Source: a virus
Lineage: Duplodnaviria; Caudoviricetes
Length of the DNA: 61,040 bases
Direction: 5' to 3' (one strand)
Virus record (IMG/VR): IMGVR_UViG_3300033233_000042
Coordinates: 1 to 61,040 of that record
Shown piece after piece: positions 47,178 through 57,700 of this stretch (positions are counted from its first letter, which is position 1; each line of letters opens with the position of its first letter). Position numbers and translations under genes: made by a program. The notes beneath the pieces are model-generated. The model was not told the DNA's origin. It saw only the letters and a list, made by a program, of their open reading frames with translations, and searched no databases.

Positions 47178-47798
47178 CTAGCCTCTCGCTCGAACACTTC
47201 TGAAAAGCTCCATCCTCCATTGGTTATTAAAGAATTCCGCTAGAGTGAACTGCATATCATTCATTGCTAACATCTGAGCCATTCTGAGAGCCACGCAATC
47301 GAGCAACTCATCTGGAATAATATCTTCCTGATCATATAAGTTGCTCATAGGGCTTATCAAAGGAGTATAGATAATGTCAAAATATTCATTATCCTGATGA
47401 TCCCAATCAGCTGGAACTATCTTTATCGACTTATCAATCTGACTGAACACATAACCGATAGGCTCAGTGCCTTTAATAACATTATCGTAAGTAACTTGTT
47501 TTAACTGCTTAACATAATCTCTGTCTGGATTAACATAAAACACTCTCCACACCCTAGAAATATTCGTTATTGGCGCATTTCCCAATAGATACCACGTAGT
47601 ATATTGTGTCCATTTGGGTCTATCGAACCATCTAGCATATTTAACCTTAGAAGAGTAGGAACTTCTAGAGATACAAAAATTATCCGCCACATCCTGTCTA
47701 GCCTTGTTTAAAATCCTGTAGAGCAAAGGAGATTCATCATAGGCTACAGGATAGAAATCAAACAACCTACGGAAGTAATCAGCCGCTGTTAGGCTCAT
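47178..47798 (-). CDS. Head-tail adaptor-like protein 1, copy B
   Basis: Orthologue of 6127-6747. Confidence 0.55.
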   Translation of the reverse strand: MSLTAADYFRRLFDFYPVAYDESPLLYRILNKARQDVADNFCISRSSYSSKVKYARWFDRPKWTQYTTWYLLGNAPITNISRVWRVFYVNPDRDYVKQLKQVTYDNVIKGTEPIGYVFSQIDKSIKIVPADWDHQDNEYFDIIYTPLISPMSNLYDQEDIIPDELLDCVALRMAQMLAMNDMQFTLAEFFNNQWRMELFRSVRARG

Positions 47799-48118
47799 GC
47801 CTTCCTAGTCCGTCTCTCTATTACCCTTCCTGTTTCGAATTGCAAACTCTTTAAATAGTTAACAGTTACAATATTAACCTTATCTGCATCCGGATCGTCC
47901 TTAAGCTCCTTCATCACAGCAGGCTCAAACCTCAGGAATTCGAGCCTCTTTCTACATACATCATACGTGAAATCGTCGGTAGCCCCATAGCCCAGAAATT
48001 CTATACAAAGAGCATCTGGGACTACCGTATCTGCGTTCGGGTCTAATTCGTATATCTTCCCATCCGTTCTATCAAAGAGGATGAGCCTCCTGTCTTGGTT
48101 CTTAACGATCATACTCAA
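47795..48118 (-). CDS. Hypothetical protein (107 aa), copy B
   Basis: Orthologue of 6744-7067. Confidence 0.7.
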   Translation of the reverse strand: MSMIVKNQDRRLILFDRTDGKIYELDPNADTVVPDALCIEFLGYGATDDFTYDVCRKRLEFLRFEPAVMKELKDDPDADKVNIVTVNYLKSLQFETGRVIERRTRKA

Positions 48119-48127
48119 TCTCCTCTA

Positions 48128-49192
48128 CTAGAGGTTCATGCTAGGAACACCCTTAATCACTAAATGCGCCTTTGGACGTTCAGACCACAGTTGACCACCA
48201 ATTAGAAATACACTCAACCAAGAAAGCTTAGCATTGATATATTCAGGTTGCCATTCAGTTGTATAGAAGCTGAACGGACTCGCAAAGGAGAAATGGATAT
48301 TGTTCAGATTGAGATAAATAATATCGCCAACATAATCACCACCACCAGCATCATATGGACTAAGGTAAGGATCCGGAAATACCGGAACACCACCAACAAT
48401 AACACCCTTCACGGTATGTTCTCTCACTTCGGTGATATCAGCCACATGTCCTACATTGTAACGTTCAATTGGAGTAAAGGATTCGATGATCCTCTGGAAT
48501 GTAGCATAATCAGTAAACCCACAAGAAGGCAGACCAAACACGCTACCGATATTTTTCATGTATTTATTCACGCCTCTTTCAATACCTTGGTAGATATTGG
48601 AAGCGTTGCCGAGATCGGTAGCATAAGAGTACTGAGTCCCGACCCACCAGGTATAAGTCGTTCTGTCCAATTCTCCAAATACGCCGGAGATTCCGATCAC
48701 ATCGAGGATGCCATAGAATTCCTTATCGCTTGTCCTGGATCTGATGAGGTCATTCGTAAGCTTTGCAAAGGTCTGAAGTCCGATATCGCTTACCTTGATT
48801 GCCAGCTCGTTCACAACCTTGTTTGGAGAATCCGCTTGAGCGATCTCGAATTCATTCAGTCTAATTGTATTCCCCATTACAGCTGGCTCGAAGATAGCAT
48901 TTATTGTGGCCGCATTGAAGTCGTTGATCGTAAAGTTACCACTGGTATCAAGATACTGTGGGCTAGGAGAGCTAAGGTCGGGATAGACTGGTTGCACAAT
49001 AAAAGCAGCTTGGAACGGTCTCTGGTCTGCTCTCTCGAGAATAAGTCTCACCATCGGTGAAATCTTAGGAAGATTCTGTGCCACCGCATAAGCAATAAAG
49101 TTTCTCCTAGTTGTGTCTAAGAAGCGTTTGAGCTGTGAAGAGTCTTGAAAAACTCCACCGGTCAAAAACGGAATATTTACTGTCGTTGCCAT
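48128..49192 (-). CDS. Major capsid protein, copy B
   Basis: Orthologue of 7077-8141. Confidence 0.75.
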   Translation of the reverse strand: MATTVNIPFLTGGVFQDSSQLKRFLDTTRRNFIAYAVAQNLPKISPMVRLILERADQRPFQAAFIVQPVYPDLSSPSPQYLDTSGNFTINDFNAATINAIFEPAVMGNTIRLNEFEIAQADSPNKVVNELAIKVSDIGLQTFAKLTNDLIRSRTSDKEFYGILDVIGISGVFGELDRTTYTWWVGTQYSYATDLGNASNIYQGIERGVNKYMKNIGSVFGLPSCGFTDYATFQRIIESFTPIERYNVGHVADITEVREHTVKGVIVGGVPVFPDPYLSPYDAGGGDYVGDIIYLNLNNIHFSFASPFSFYTTEWQPEYINAKLSWLSVFLIGGQLWSERPKAHLVIKGVPSMNL

Positions 49193-49201
49193 CTCTCTCT
49201 A

Positions 49202-49690
49202 CTACCTCCCTAACATCGATAATACATCCTCTACAAGTCTATCCTTTCCATCAATGCCAGAGTATCTTTTTATTACATCATCATCTTGTCTAGCACGAAT
49301 GGGAAGGCTGTTTCTTGATTTCTGAAGTCTTTCGCTTACATACAAGCGGACTGCTGTCTCGAAGTTAATGATCCCATTCTGCTTAGCAAAATCCAGAACA
49401 TCTTGGAAATCATCCTTGGAAAGACCGTAACTCTCGAGAACCCTGATGAACTGCTCTTCCTTCCGAGCTTTCTCCTGCTCCTCCAACTTCTTCTTTAGAT
49501 TACCAATCTCCTGATCGTATTGCTCTTTCACCCGCTTGACTTCTTTCTCGTATGGAGGTTCCGGTAGGCTTATACCGAACTTGTCTAAAAGAGTGCGAAG
49601 ATGTGGACGAAGCTCAGGATCCTCATAAGCACTTCTGATAAACTCCTGTATCTCCTGCAATTGCTGTTCTGGAGCCTTCGTCTCTTCCAT
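49202..49690 (-). CDS. Scaffolding protein, copy B
   Basis: Orthologue of 8151-8639. Confidence 0.6.
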   Translation of the reverse strand: MEETKAPEQQLQEIQEFIRSAYEDPELRPHLRTLLDKFGISLPEPPYEKEVKRVKEQYDQEIGNLKKKLEEQEKARKEEQFIRVLESYGLSKDDFQDVLDFAKQNGIINFETAVRLYVSERLQKSRNSLPIRARQDDDVIKRYSGIDGKDRLVEDVLSMLGR

Positions 49691-49701
49691 GAGTTACACT
49701 C

Positions 49702-49872
49702 CTATTTACTCTGAGCGACAGGTTTATCTATCTTGATATTCTTCCTATACTTGCTGAACAGTCCATCATTGGGCTCACTATTCCGAGGATTATATCCCCA
49801 GTAATCGCCCGTCACATACCCGCTGTATTTCCCAGGATTGATCTTTGCTGAACCTTTCCCTTTTGTAGCCAT
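49702..49872 (-). CDS. Small protein (56 aa), copy B
   Basis: Orthologue of 8649-8819. Confidence 0.75.
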   Translation of the reverse strand: MATKGKGSAKINPGKYSGYVTGDYWGYNPRNSEPNDGLFSKYRKNIKIDKPVAQSK

Positions 49873-49883
49873 ACTTTATCCTC

Positions 49884-50201
49884 CTACATGATTGATGCTC
49901 CACCCCCAGCAGTAGGAGGCGGAGTTGGTGGAGTTCCACCAGCAGGCATGCTACCAACAGGCGGTTGAGCAGCCTGCACAGCCTGTGCCGCCTTTGCCAA
50001 CTTCTGATCTGCATCCGGCACTACCTTGCTTAGCTTCTTAAGACAATCTAGGCATACCTGCCCCTTTTCGGAGGTGGAAGAATAGATGCCGAGGGCTTCT
50101 TCCAATCCCTTAATGCACATAGCAACTACTATATCGGCATATTCTTCCATTCCGATCGGGCTTCCAGTTGCCCCTATCTGTGGCGCCATCTCTCCATTCA
50201 T
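49884..50201 (-). CDS. Hypothetical head-module protein (105 aa), copy B
   Basis: Orthologue of 8830-9165. Confidence 0.7.
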   Translation of the reverse strand: MNGEMAPQIGATGSPIGMEEYADIVVAMCIKGLEEALGIYSSTSEKGQVCLDCLKKLSKVVPDADQKLAKAAQAVQAAQPPVGSMPAGGTPPTPPPTAGGGASIM

Positions 50202-50216
50202 ATTATCCTCCTATTC

Positions 50217-50342
50217 TGGGGGAGAGAACTAACCATCAGAAGGATTGCTCGCTACTTGCGAGCCTTGCGTCGTGCTCTACGTCTAGTCCTTCTGGCCATC
50301 CTCTTATCTCCTTTCTAATTATACAGTTAGTTCTCTCCCCCA
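50217..50342. repeat. Perfect 17-bp inverted repeat (50217-50233 / 50326-50342) enclosing the mini-gene
   Basis: TGGGGGAGAGAACTAAC ... GTTAGTTCTCTCCCCCA. Confidence 0.9.
50252..50299 (-). CDS. Protamine-like 15-aa peptide MARRTRRRARRKARK, copy B
   Basis: Conserved frame, ATG and TAG; AAAGGAGA RBS-like sequence upstream. Confidence 0.75.
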   Translation of the reverse strand: MARRTRRRARRKARK

Positions 50343-50383
50343 TATCTATAAACGCATATTATTTACAGAAAGTCAACAAGAAA

Positions 50384-50566
50384 TTACGCCTTAACAAAGG
50401 TTCCTCCCTGATATACATAGTCTTGAGGTTTATCAGATAACCAAACCTCATTATTCTCATCTATCTCTATAAGTCGAACATCTGGATGAAGTTGTGTATA
50501 ATCCCCCCACCTGGTGAACCCCTGGACTCTATTATCTGATCCGACAATCACAAACAGTTTATCCAT
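50384..50566 (-). CDS. Small fibre-associated protein (60 aa), copy B only
   Basis: AGGAGG RBS; ends P.DYVYQGGTFV, downstream of the receptor-binding gene. Confidence 0.6.
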   Translation of the reverse strand: MDKLFVIVGSDNRVQGFTRWGDYTQLHPDVRLIEIDENNEVWLSDKPQDYVYQGGTFVKA

Positions 50567-50578
50567 GGTAACCTCCTA

Positions 50579-51511
50579 TTATGTCGGCTGCTTGAACCCC
50601 CTGAAATTGAGTTCCCTTATAGCTGGATTGTTACTGCTAGTGACATTACTATTGACCTTTACTCTCCAATATTGATAATATCCACTTTTATTTAGATACA
50701 GATTAGTAATTACAGTTGTAAACTCCTGATTAAACGTCGCAACATCAGTAAAGTTACTTCCATCATTAGATACCTGTATAGTTATTGATGTAGGATTATA
50801 CCCATTCCCTGCACTATAAAAACCTACCACCATAACCGTATGAACAAATACAGGACTCACAAACTTATACTGAATCCACTGCGGCGAAGCACCTCCTGCA
50901 ATCCAGTAAGCTCCATAATCCTTATCAAATGCATAAAATGCATCATAGCTAGAACTACTGATACTACTTGCAGACGCCACACCTTCTGGAGCAGTGTTAG
51001 AAGTCATTTTAGGAACTTCCTTCACTGTTGAAGCATTACTGTTAATAAAAATATTCCATGCAGTCGAGTTACCTTTGATAGCATTTAACGCTGTCTGAGA
51101 CTTAATAATAATATCTATCGCTGTGGCTGACCCAGCTATGGCATACATTGCTGTAGAAGAACCGATAACAGTATTCAGAGCAGTAGAGGAATTGATAATA
51201 GCATTCATTGCCGTAGAAGACCCGGCTATAGCACTCATTGCTGCAGGAGACTTGATAACATTATTTAGAGCAGTAGAAGAACCTATTATGGCATTCATCG
51301 ATGTGGAAGAACTGACGATAGAGTTCATAGCTGTCGTATCATACAGAATATCCAAGAAAGCCACATAATAACCAAGATCCTGTAATGCTGACTCGAGACT
51401 ACTCCCATCACCCTGAGAGATCAGATTCAGCAGCTCATTTTTCTTACTCAAGACCATATCAGATAGCGATGCGCCACCTGTTGATATTCCCGATCTCTTT
51501 CTAATTGGCAT
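50579..51511 (-). CDS. Receptor-binding protein with SSTAM/L repeats and C-terminal discoidin (F5/8 type C)-like domain (310 aa), copy B only
   Basis: ~10-aa A(I/M)..S.TAM repeats; ASASS..AFD..W..QWIQYKF..P....IQVSNDG.NFT..YWRV..IREL.F.G. Confidence 0.75.
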   Translation of the reverse strand: MPIRKRSGISTGGASLSDMVLSKKNELLNLISQGDGSSLESALQDLGYYVAFLDILYDTTAMNSIVSSSTSMNAIIGSSTALNNVIKSPAAMSAIAGSSTAMNAIINSSTALNTVIGSSTAMYAIAGSATAIDIIIKSQTALNAIKGNSTAWNIFINSNASTVKEVPKMTSNTAPEGVASASSISSSSYDAFYAFDKDYGAYWIAGGASPQWIQYKFVSPVFVHTVMVVGFYSAGNGYNPTSITIQVSNDGSNFTDVATFNQEFTTVITNLYLNKSGYYQYWRVKVNSNVTSSNNPAIRELNFRGFKQPT

Positions 51512-51524
51512 ACATCCCTCCTAA

Positions 51525-51794
51525 TTAGACTTCCCTACCATGCACAAACACATTTACAACACCAGTAGTAGATACTCTAATCACATCTCCACCATTCAGA
51601 GTCATCATAAGCGGTAAAAAACTTGTTGACCCGACCCAGTAATTATAGAACGTCGTTCCATCCCCTACCGACACAGTGAAGTTAACAGACGATCCATTGT
51701 CACTAGCAATATCCACATACACATATGCGGTCTTATTTGCTGGGCATGTGTATACGTTTGTTGTCGTATTGTTTACTTGTAATCTTGCAAGCAT
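51525..51794 (-). CDS. Small beta-rich tail protein (89 aa), copy B only
   Basis: VYTCPANKTA..TLNGGDVIRV..VNVFVHG.E pattern. Confidence 0.65.
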   Translation of the reverse strand: MLARLQVNNTTTNVYTCPANKTAYVYVDIASDNGSSVNFTVSVGDGTTFYNYWVGSTSFLPLMMTLNGGDVIRVSTTGVVNVFVHGREV

Positions 51795-51796
51795 CT

Positions 51797-52387
51797 TTAA
51801 CCTCCATAAAAAAAGCTGTAAAAAATGAGGTCACTGCTATCAAGTCCATCCAATTTATCTGCATCTAACCCGCTACCACTCCCTTGTGGACTGATAGTAT
51901 TTGGAGTCTGAGTCCCAGTATGATTTGCTCTTGCTAAGTAGTAAACTCCATGTTGCCCATCCACCATATCTGCATTCAGATTAGAAACTAGAGTGGTAGA
52001 AGAAACCACGAGAGGAGATGTTCCAGTTGTTACGGAAGAGATAAATGTATTTGCAGTAATATTACCAGAACATACCGTATTCTGATCAGAGCGCAGAAAT
52101 TGAGAAGGTAGAATCCCTCCAACCGCATCCGCATTTGCGGCATTAGCTACTCTAATATCCTTCCAAGAGGAGGATTGAGATATCTTAAGCGTAGTCCCAT
52201 CGAACCAAAATTGGCCATCTTGCGATATCGCAGGAGTCGTCGATCCGACAATCACCATATTAGACACCACATTGCAGATGTAACTAAAGTTGTCGTCCAA
52301 CATATTAACAGGGAAGCACTTAACACCATTAACTACTTGATACTGGTTATTAGCTACAATTTGCTGGAAATTGTATGGAACTTGCAT
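51797..52387 (-). CDS. Short tail fibre (196 aa), copy B allele
   Basis: First ~140 aa homologous to 9355-10845; ends in the SGSGLDADKLDG motif. Confidence 0.75.
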   Translation of the reverse strand: MQVPYNFQQIVANNQYQVVNGVKCFPVNMLDDNFSYICNVVSNMVIVGSTTPAISQDGQFWFDGTTLKISQSSSWKDIRVANAANADAVGGILPSQFLRSDQNTVCSGNITANTFISSVTTGTSPLVVSSTTLVSNLNADMVDGQHGVYYLARANHTGTQTPNTISPQGSGSGLDADKLDGLDSSDLIFYSFFYGG

Positions 52388-52393
52388 ACTACA

Positions 52394-52693
52394 TTACACC
52401 CCCTCTAAGAAGTCGACTAACCTACCAAAAGGAATGGTAGGCAAGAATGTCGCTTCTTTCTTAATTAAGCTTATCTCTTCCGAGGTCAGCTCAATCACAT
52501 CGTCATCGCTCATAACCTTCTTTAACAACGTCCAGCACTTCATCTTGTGTTCAATATCTTTGGAGTCATCCCTAGCAAGAGATGCTAAGATAGCGTTCCG
52601 ATAAGTAATTTCAGTATTGTCGCCAGCAAAGACCATTGGTTCACCATTCAATCCCAACATGACCTTATCTAAATCTTCCTTTTTGAACTTCAT
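52394..52693 (-). CDS. Hypothetical protein (99 aa), copy B
   Basis: Orthologue of 10852-11151. Confidence 0.65.
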   Translation of the reverse strand: MKFKKEDLDKVMLGLNGEPMVFAGDNTEITYRNAILASLARDDSKDIEHKMKCWTLLKKVMSDDDVIELTSEEISLIKKEATFLPTIPFGRLVDFLEGV

Positions 52694-52694
52694 C

Positions 52695-53114
52695 TTATCC
52701 CTCCTCTGTTAGAAACACATGGTTACCAATCTCTGCTACTACCTTTAACTTGTTTGCCCAGGAAGGACGCCTGTCAGAATAATACAAATTTCTAGTCAAA
52801 TAGTATCTAGCGTCCCCCACTTCATCCAAAAGAACCCTGCCATTCAGAACATTATCCGCTATCCTGTAAAAGATGGAAGGAATATCACTCTCACCTTTCA
52901 ACGCAGCTTGCAGAATAGGGTAATTAGGATCATTCTTGTTCCAGCAAGAGAACTGATATGGTCGCAGGCACTCAGTAGCAGGATAAGTATTATTAGCTAG
53001 AGCACGGTTACGAATAACCTGCGCCACAGCAATCTGACCCTCATGAGGCTCGCCTCTAGCTTCTCCAAATACCGTCAATCCTGTAACTTTGATATCAATT
53101 GGCCTTATCACCAT
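52695..53114 (-). CDS. Cell wall hydrolase (SleB-like) endolysin, copy B
   Basis: Orthologue of 11153-11572. Confidence 0.9.
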   Translation of the reverse strand: MVIRPIDIKVTGLTVFGEARGEPHEGQIAVAQVIRNRALANNTYPATECLRPYQFSCWNKNDPNYPILQAALKGESDIPSIFYRIADNVLNGRVLLDEVGDARYYLTRNLYYSDRRPSWANKLKVVAEIGNHVFLTEEG

Positions 53115-53394
53115 AAGCCTTCACCTTCTGTAATGCCATTTCTACTGCCAGATTCAAAACAGAAAGCCCAACATCTATCCCGATATTCTTAGCAGCATCC
53201 CCGAGCTGCTTAACAGCTTCTGTTCTCTTTTGCTCAGAGGTAAGAGTATTATTCTGCATGAGCTTTGTAACAATATCTACCGCCACAGGAAGAAGCTTTT
53301 CTAGATACTCCACAATACCCCGCTCGAACAACGAGAGGATGAACCTCTCTAGCCAACTTAGCTTAGATAAAATCAACTGCTTAATGTTATTCAT
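53095..53394 (-). CDS. Holin-like protein, copy B
   Basis: Orthologue of 11553-11852. Confidence 0.5.
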   Translation of the reverse strand: MNNIKQLILSKLSWLERFILSLFERGIVEYLEKLLPVAVDIVTKLMQNNTLTSEQKRTEAVKQLGDAAKNIGIDVGLSVLNLAVEMALQKVKAYGDKAN

Positions 53395-53641
53395 TCTGCT
53401 TTCCTCCTATCGGTCTCTTGGTTGTTAATCTCAATGCCAGATTGACCATAGCAAACAACCCAAGCCCTATTGCCTGTATGTCTTGCTGTGATGTTACACC
53501 TCCTGCCTTGTAGTCCACAATCGCAGCAATAAGAGCAGCTATGTTGAACCATACGGTCTTGCTATAATACCAATTCTTATTGTTACCAATCTCATGCCCA
53601 ATGTCAAATATTTCCTTAATTATTCGCCACATGTTCCGCAA
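53387..53641 (-). CDS. Holin-like membrane protein, copy B
   Basis: Orthologue of 11845-12099. Confidence 0.65.
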   Translation of the reverse strand: MRNMWRIIKEIFDIGHEIGNNKNWYYSKTVWFNIAALIAAIVDYKAGGVTSQQDIQAIGLGLFAMVNLALRLTTKRPIGGKQNE

Positions 53642-55346
53642 GCTCCTTTACTGCTTTAAACAACAATGCCAACATATCCAAAATGTTTATCGAGCATTTA
53701 CCATCTTCCTCGTTTACCGTTACACCCATCGGGAACACATCTTTCACATAGTTAGCTATAAACCCGACATGCTCCCTCTGGTCTACCTTGAACAGATATT
53801 TATAGACATCTATGCTCTTCATTAAGTTGAGTGCGGAATCAGAAAATAGCTCGATATTCTCTTTCGTAGACAGATCGGATCCCTGATAAACAGTTCCTGC
53901 CACACTAAGATTATCATAAAGCAATACCGTCCTAGTAGTGCTACCTGATCCGAATATAAAGAAGTTCCCATTAGAGCCGAGTCCTATCGTGCTATCATAA
54001 TCTGGATTTCCCCACGAGATCTTATTGCCATTCCCGCTTGTCGGCATAAGAATACAAGCGGAACCGGTGAAATTGTTATAACCGTTACGGAAGTTCAACC
54101 CGTAAGTATCTGAAGATGTAGTCTGAATATCTATATGTCGGAATGTCGGAGTAGAAGATAAGGAAACATTCCCGGATATTGTTCCATTCACAGTAAGATT
54201 ACCACTTATGGTTACATTAGATCCTACCGTCATCTGCCCGCCGGCACTGATATTCCCTGCTACACTAAGGTCATCATAGATTAACACTAACCTATTAGGA
54301 CTTGTTCCTGATCCGAATATAAAAAACTGTCCACTGTTATTAAGTCCTATCGTGCTATCAGAATCTGGATTTCCCCATGAGATCTTATTACCTGCCCCAC
54401 TTGTCGGCATAAGGACACATGCAGAACCGGTAAAATTATTATAACCACCCCGGAAATTCAACCCATAGGTATCTGAGTATGTGGTTTTAATGTCTACATG
54501 TTGGAACGTAGGAGTAAGGGTTCCACCACCACCACTACTACTACCACCACTACTACTTATCGTTCCATTTACAGTTAAATTACCACCTATAATTACATTA
54601 TCATAAATATATACTGTCCTGTTAGGACTGACACCTGACCCGATTATAAAAAATATACCACCACTACTAAGTCCTATCCTACTACCGCCCGCTGGATCAG
54701 TATCCCATAAGATTTGATTACCATTTCCACTTGTCGGCATAAGGATACATGCAGAGTTGGTAAAATTATTAACTCCACCGCGGAAATTCAATCCATAAGT
54801 GTCAGAGGATGTAGTCTTAATATCTATACGTTGGAACGTAGGAGTGGGTGTAGGAGATACAGTCCCGGTTATTGTTCCATTCACAACAAGGTTGCCATCA
54901 ACATAAACATCATCACTTAAGATCATCGATCTCCTGCCACTGCTGTTATAACGACCAATAATTCTGAAATTACCGCTAGTATCTACACCTATCTTAGACT
55001 CTCCGACTCCCCAACCCCCAGACGTAGGTTGCCATTGAATGGCAGAGCCCGGAACACCGGTCGGCATCTTAATAGCAGCCTGATTAAATCCTTGCGGGTT
55101 TGAGGATATATCTACAGCAAAATCAACCTTGTTAAGATTAGATATCGTGACAGAGTTTACAACAACATTCCCAGATATTGACCCACCACCGGAAATATAG
55201 TCAGATTTTATCTTACCAGACAGCGGAGTCCCATTTTCAAACACATCCGATAATGCCTGAAAGTTTTCATTCGCTTTCTGCAGGTCATCTCTAACCTGAG
55301 TCGGACTTGTTCCATCATAATTGAACGGAGTGCTATACCAGCCCAT
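53616..55346 (-). CDS. Modular tail fibre/spike with S74-like chaperone (576 aa), copy B
   Basis: Same N- and C-termini as 12074-14683, with four repeat modules. Confidence 0.85.
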   Translation of the reverse strand: MGWYSTPFNYDGTSPTQVRDDLQKANENFQALSDVFENGTPLSGKIKSDYISGGGSISGNVVVNSVTISNLNKVDFAVDISSNPQGFNQAAIKMPTGVPGSAIQWQPTSGGWGVGESKIGVDTSGNFRIIGRYNSSGRRSMILSDDVYVDGNLVVNGTITGTVSPTPTPTFQRIDIKTTSSDTYGLNFRGGVNNFTNSACILMPTSGNGNQILWDTDPAGGSRIGLSSGGIFFIIGSGVSPNRTVYIYDNVIIGGNLTVNGTISSSGGSSSGGGGTLTPTFQHVDIKTTYSDTYGLNFRGGYNNFTGSACVLMPTSGAGNKISWGNPDSDSTIGLNNSGQFFIFGSGTSPNRLVLIYDDLSVAGNISAGGQMTVGSNVTISGNLTVNGTISGNVSLSSTPTFRHIDIQTTSSDTYGLNFRNGYNNFTGSACILMPTSGNGNKISWGNPDYDSTIGLGSNGNFFIFGSGSTTRTVLLYDNLSVAGTVYQGSDLSTKENIELFSDSALNLMKSIDVYKYLFKVDQREHVGFIANYVKDVFPMGVTVNEEDGKCSINILDMLALLFKAVKELAEHVANN

Positions 55347-55358
55347 ATATTACACCTC

Positions 55359-55724
55359 CTAACCAGATTTCTTTACTTTGAGAGCAAGACCGCCTTTATT
55401 GATGGAGAATGTTATCCCGTTGATTATAGAGATGGGAGAGTCTAGGACAAATGTATAGACAATAGTCCCGTTAGAGTTAATAAAGTAGATTTCATTCACA
55501 TAACCCCAATTTCCTGTTGCAGTAGGAAACGTAATCGCAGAAGAATTAGTATAGTAATAATACGTGCCGTCGTCATGATCATACGAGAACAAACCAGACC
55601 CGACACTCACACGTGAGTATCCACCACCGCTAATTTCAGTTCCATTATATCCCAGACCGACCGATGCAACATTGTTCAAGTCATTTATAATTGCGTCAGA
55701 TGCTGTTCTTGTAATGACTAACAT
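55359..55724 (-). CDS. Tail-associated beta-rich protein (121 aa), copy B
   Basis: Divergent orthologue of 14696-15061. Confidence 0.6.
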   Translation of the reverse strand: MLVITRTASDAIINDLNNVASVGLGYNGTEISGGGYSRVSVGSGLFSYDHDDGTYYYYTNSSAITFPTATGNWGYVNEIYFINSNGTIVYTFVLDSPISIINGITFSINKGGLALKVKKSG

Positions 55725-56920
55725 AGTGTTACCTCCTCTAGGACATATAGTTCGTCATTGTAAACAAAACCATAAGTATTCTGGCTATTATCAGACAACA
55801 TAAATGTCTGTTTCGGCGCAATAACGTCACCGGATACAGCCACGTCACCCTCGCCAGAATACCTAATATCGACATTAGCAAGCTCCGTCTGTAAACTTAA
55901 CAACCCTACAGAAGAACAAATAACATGAGTAATCAGGAAAGTAAAGAGGTCATTACCAGAACACAGACCAAAGACATTCTGACCACTACTATCACAGAAT
56001 AAACAACTATATTCTGGGAAGTTATACAGATATACACCAGACAAACTAACTTCTAATGAGGTAGAGTAACCGAGATCCACCATATTAGCAAAGAAACCGT
56101 CGACATCTACAGTAGCAACACTAGAGAAAGACAAGCTCCTACCTGTAACAATCTCTGTGAGATCGATAACACCACTTACACTAACGCTTGTATCTAGTAC
56201 CACAGCTTCACACACCACATCGTTTAGACTAAACGCAAAAGTATTCTGGTTGCTGTCACAAAACAGATAAGTATAATTAACAGGGATAAATATAGCATGC
56301 TCTGTGCTTATAGTGACACAACCAGGGATTGACGAACTTCCCACATGCCCACCAATAAAATAACCATAGATCGGAACAAGATAACCAGAAGAGTATCTGA
56401 ATGTAACACCAACAAATCTGGAACTTATGGACATATCACCGGACGATGTGCAGAAAATAGACAACATCGCCTTTTGATCACCCGAAATAGACAGCTCAGA
56501 TACAATATCACGAGAGAACGTCCCTATAACACTGGATACATAATCAATAATGCCCTCTTGCCCAGAGGAAGAAAGCACAGCAGAAGGAGAAACATAACCG
56601 GTAGGAGGAACAACACTTGCAGATAAACCACCATCAACAACAACATCACAACTCGAGGCAAAAGAGAGATCCATACTATCTACACTACCAGACAATACAA
56701 AAACATTCTTCTTAGACACATTGTTCGGATCCGGCAACCACAAGAGCAAATACCAAAGAAAAGGATATCTCACATCAAACCCAATCGCAACAGATACCCC
56801 AATCCACCAGGTGGTATACTGCTTCCAAGTAGGACGATCTGTCCACTTGCCTCTTCTAATTGTATACGCTAGGGGGGATTCAATACCCTCGAAATTTTTA
56901 GGTTGCCATTCGTTTATCAC
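55718..56920 (-). CDS. Virion structural protein, long allele (400 aa), copy B
   Basis: N-terminus orthologous to 15063-15665. Confidence 0.65.
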   Translation of the reverse strand: MINEWQPKNFEGIESPLAYTIRRGKWTDRPTWKQYTTWWIGVSVAIGFDVRYPFLWYLLLWLPDPNNVSKKNVFVLSGSVDSMDLSFASSCDVVVDGGLSASVVPPTGYVSPSAVLSSSGQEGIIDYVSSVIGTFSRDIVSELSISGDQKAMLSIFCTSSGDMSISSRFVGVTFRYSSGYLVPIYGYFIGGHVGSSSIPGCVTISTEHAIFIPVNYTYLFCDSNQNTFAFSLNDVVCEAVVLDTSVSVSGVIDLTEIVTGRSLSFSSVATVDVDGFFANMVDLGYSTSLEVSLSGVYLYNFPEYSCLFCDSSGQNVFGLCSGNDLFTFLITHVICSSVGLLSLQTELANVDIRYSGEGDVAVSGDVIAPKQTFMLSDNSQNTYGFVYNDELYVLEEVTLC

Positions 56921-57687
56921 ATCCCTAGCCTCCGCTTGATTTCATCTATCTCTGCTAAGATGTCCCTGCCAGATACGAACAATCGGTCATACACATCCAC
57001 TCTTCTATAGCTAGACCCAGCATAAGGCCTACCTACAATAGCAAATTGACCAGGGAAAGAAGGCTTAGTAGAATTCGTTAGAACACCCACAAAAGAATCA
57101 TACCCCCAATTGCCACTATCCGGAACCCAATGGATAAGAGAAGAGTAATACTGCCCACTACCAGGGAGGACAATCGCCCCCTTAGAACAACCTGCGCCAT
57201 TCCCAGCGTTGAACCAGGACATATCTATACACGCTTCCACATTAGAGCGAATGAGCTTCTGAGAAAAGTAAATACCTGTCATGTAAAAATCCGAAAGGTC
57301 TATCCCGTCCTGCCAGTAGCCCATAATATGTATAGCGCAAGAGCAGGGTTTGGCCACCTCGTTTGTAGCAGTGCAGATGTGTAAACCGCAGATAAACGGA
57401 TCCGGAATTTCTGTCCTAGCAGGTTTTACACCAACTCTTGTTGTATTGGCGTCCAGCTCTAGGGCTATACATACCTTCCCACCAGCATCGGATGTGACCA
57501 CAAAATTCGCACCCCAAATATACTGCCTGCCATTGTGATCGTCTATGTCTGAAAAAATGTTTACAATGTTGTTCTTGGCTGGATTAGGAATGTTCGGATT
57601 GTCAGATGTGCGAACAAATACACCTACTGCCTGCCCTACGTCTATAGTGTTAATGTTGCTATAGACTACAACAGGATTCCCACTCAA
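56917..57687 (-). CDS. Fibre-like virion protein, copy B
   Basis: Orthologue of 15662-16432; TTG start after GGAGG. Confidence 0.65.
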   Translation of the reverse strand: MSGNPVVVYSNINTIDVGQAVGVFVRTSDNPNIPNPAKNNIVNIFSDIDDHNGRQYIWGANFVVTSDAGGKVCIALELDANTTRVGVKPARTEIPDPFICGLHICTATNEVAKPCSCAIHIMGYWQDGIDLSDFYMTGIYFSQKLIRSNVEACIDMSWFNAGNGAGCSKGAIVLPGSGQYYSSLIHWVPDSGNWGYDSFVGVLTNSTKPSFPGQFAIVGRPYAGSSYRRVDVYDRLFVSGRDILAEIDEIKRRLGM

Positions 57688-57700
57688 AGAAGCACCTCCA